64,000 bases of DNA from Lama guanicoe (taxonomy: Eukaryota): contig MU054323.1 of assembly GCA_013239625.1 (NCBI GenBank), positions 15,566,029 through 15,630,028 of the forward strand. The letters run 5' to 3'. How positions within the stretch are numbered: the stretch's first letter is position 1; every line of letters starts with the position of its first letter. The position numbers and the translations under genes are program-made. The notes below the pieces were generated by a model, which had not been told where the DNA came from, searched no databases, and saw only the letters and a list, made by a program, of their open reading frames with translations. Positions 62,793-64,000 of the stretch are shown in pieces.

Positions 62793-64000
62793 CTCCCCCA
62801 AGTCCCCGTGGGGTACCCCACTCAAGTTCAGGACAGGTGTGATTCTATTCCTTTTTCTGAGGTTGGTCTTTCCTAGAAATAACAGTAACAGAAGGTTAAA
62901 CAGATGATTTACCAATAAAGAGCAGGGCCAGACCTTTCCCTGTATCCCATTACTCATCTCTAGGAGAGACTAGAAACTACAGAGAAGGATTACTGTTATT
63001 GAGATGCGGAGCTGCCAACCATATTGTTGGGGTGTCCCCCACTCAAGCCGAGTGAGAGGGTTTCCTAAGAACCAGAGAATGGGCAGAGATTGCACTCAGG
63101 GTAAACAGTGTCTTCCTCTCCAGCAGTATGGTTACTGAGATGCAGGACCCAGACCTCAGTGCTCCCATGGGCCCAGAGTAGGACACCATGAATTCTTGGG
63201 AGAGCCTGATGGACGTCCCCTAGAGACTAGAGATTCCTCTTGCCTGAAGAATTCTGTAGGCAGGAGGCTGGAGGAGCTGCCCGTGCCGACAGGGCCAAGA
63301 GAGGAGGCAGCAGAGGGAGCAGCCACACGTTCACTATTTGTGGAGCAGGGGTTATGATATGCCACTGTGGGCCAAGTGGGCCAGAAAATAGCTAGATTCA
63401 AGTCATCTTGAAAGGTCCTACCAAAAAAATATTAGCAGGGTTAAGGAGAATCCAGCAAGAGGCCTCAACCTAGGAGAGGGAGAGGATGCAGAGCAAAAAG
63501 GGATGCAACAGAGACAGAGTCAAAGAGCAAGTCAGACCCCTTCCCCTGCTGGTTCCCAGGTCAACCCTGAGCAGGCGAGGGGAGAAGTTTTGACTTGAGT
63601 GTAAGACGGAAGTTTTTATCTACACTGAATCAGAATTTTTCTATCTGAGAATGAGGCTATTCTGATTTATGAAAGTGACTGAAAAGACATAGAATTTGAC
63701 CAAAATGCCACGCAGAGGCGGGGAGGAGGAATTGGACAGAGCATGGTTAAAGGCTGAGATGGGAGGGGAAAGGGAGACGTTTCCTTACTGCACTCTACCG
63801 AATTCAACCCATTCAGCATTTCAGCACCGTGATACTCGACAACTTCAGCTCTAACCACCTTGGACAGACACCATGCCAAACCCTCTATTCTCATCTCTGA
63901 GCTGCTTCCACTGCCTGCAGCCCATGCACAAAGCCCTCTCATTCTCTTTCAAAAACAGCAAGGTCCTGGTAAAGACCAACTCATACAAATATAATGGCTT

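Noticed and set aside
62990..63660. Possible additional LTR-like element near the window end
   Set aside because: The composition is suggestive, but I could not identify termini, a TSD or a family.
1..64000. A novel multi-gene or prokaryotic-type system (CRISPR array, defence operon, retron, etc.)
   Set aside because: The window is a spliced mammalian locus. I saw no repeat-spacer array, operon-like ORF packing or foreign-composition insert, and all confident coding sequence is explained by CRIM1 and FEZ2.

Overview
This is mammalian genomic DNA, very probably from a camelid (alpaca, llama or camel), judging by a tRNA-Ala-derived Vic-1-type SINE. It holds two convergent spliced genes. On the + strand are the last four coding exons of CRIM1 (526-11510: last VWC/cysteine-rich repeat, stalk, TM helix, cytoplasmic tail ending YQTV) and its ~2.4 kb 3'UTR. 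On the - strand is the complete FEZ2 coding sequence (ATG 54189 to TAG 15946): 8 constitutive coding exons give 1050 nt/349 aa, and an 81-nt cassette exon extends this to 376 aa. The FEZ2 CpG-island promoter is interrupted by a 394-N assembly gap. All exon boundaries were read by hand; all are GT-AG and phase-consistent. The rest is intronic or intergenic sequence with ordinary eutherian repeats (L1, L2, MIR, HAL1, MER20, MER58A, MER119, MER47/Tigger5, MLT1, LTR33). I found no prokaryotic-type or clearly new biological system. The best leads are FEZ2 isoform-regulatory features (neural-type cassette exon architecture, a possible poison donor, possible intronic polyadenylation and alternative last exons) and an unusually long 314-codon ORF antisense to FEZ2. 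Gene and repeat-family names, and comparisons with human, come from recalled sequences, not database searches.
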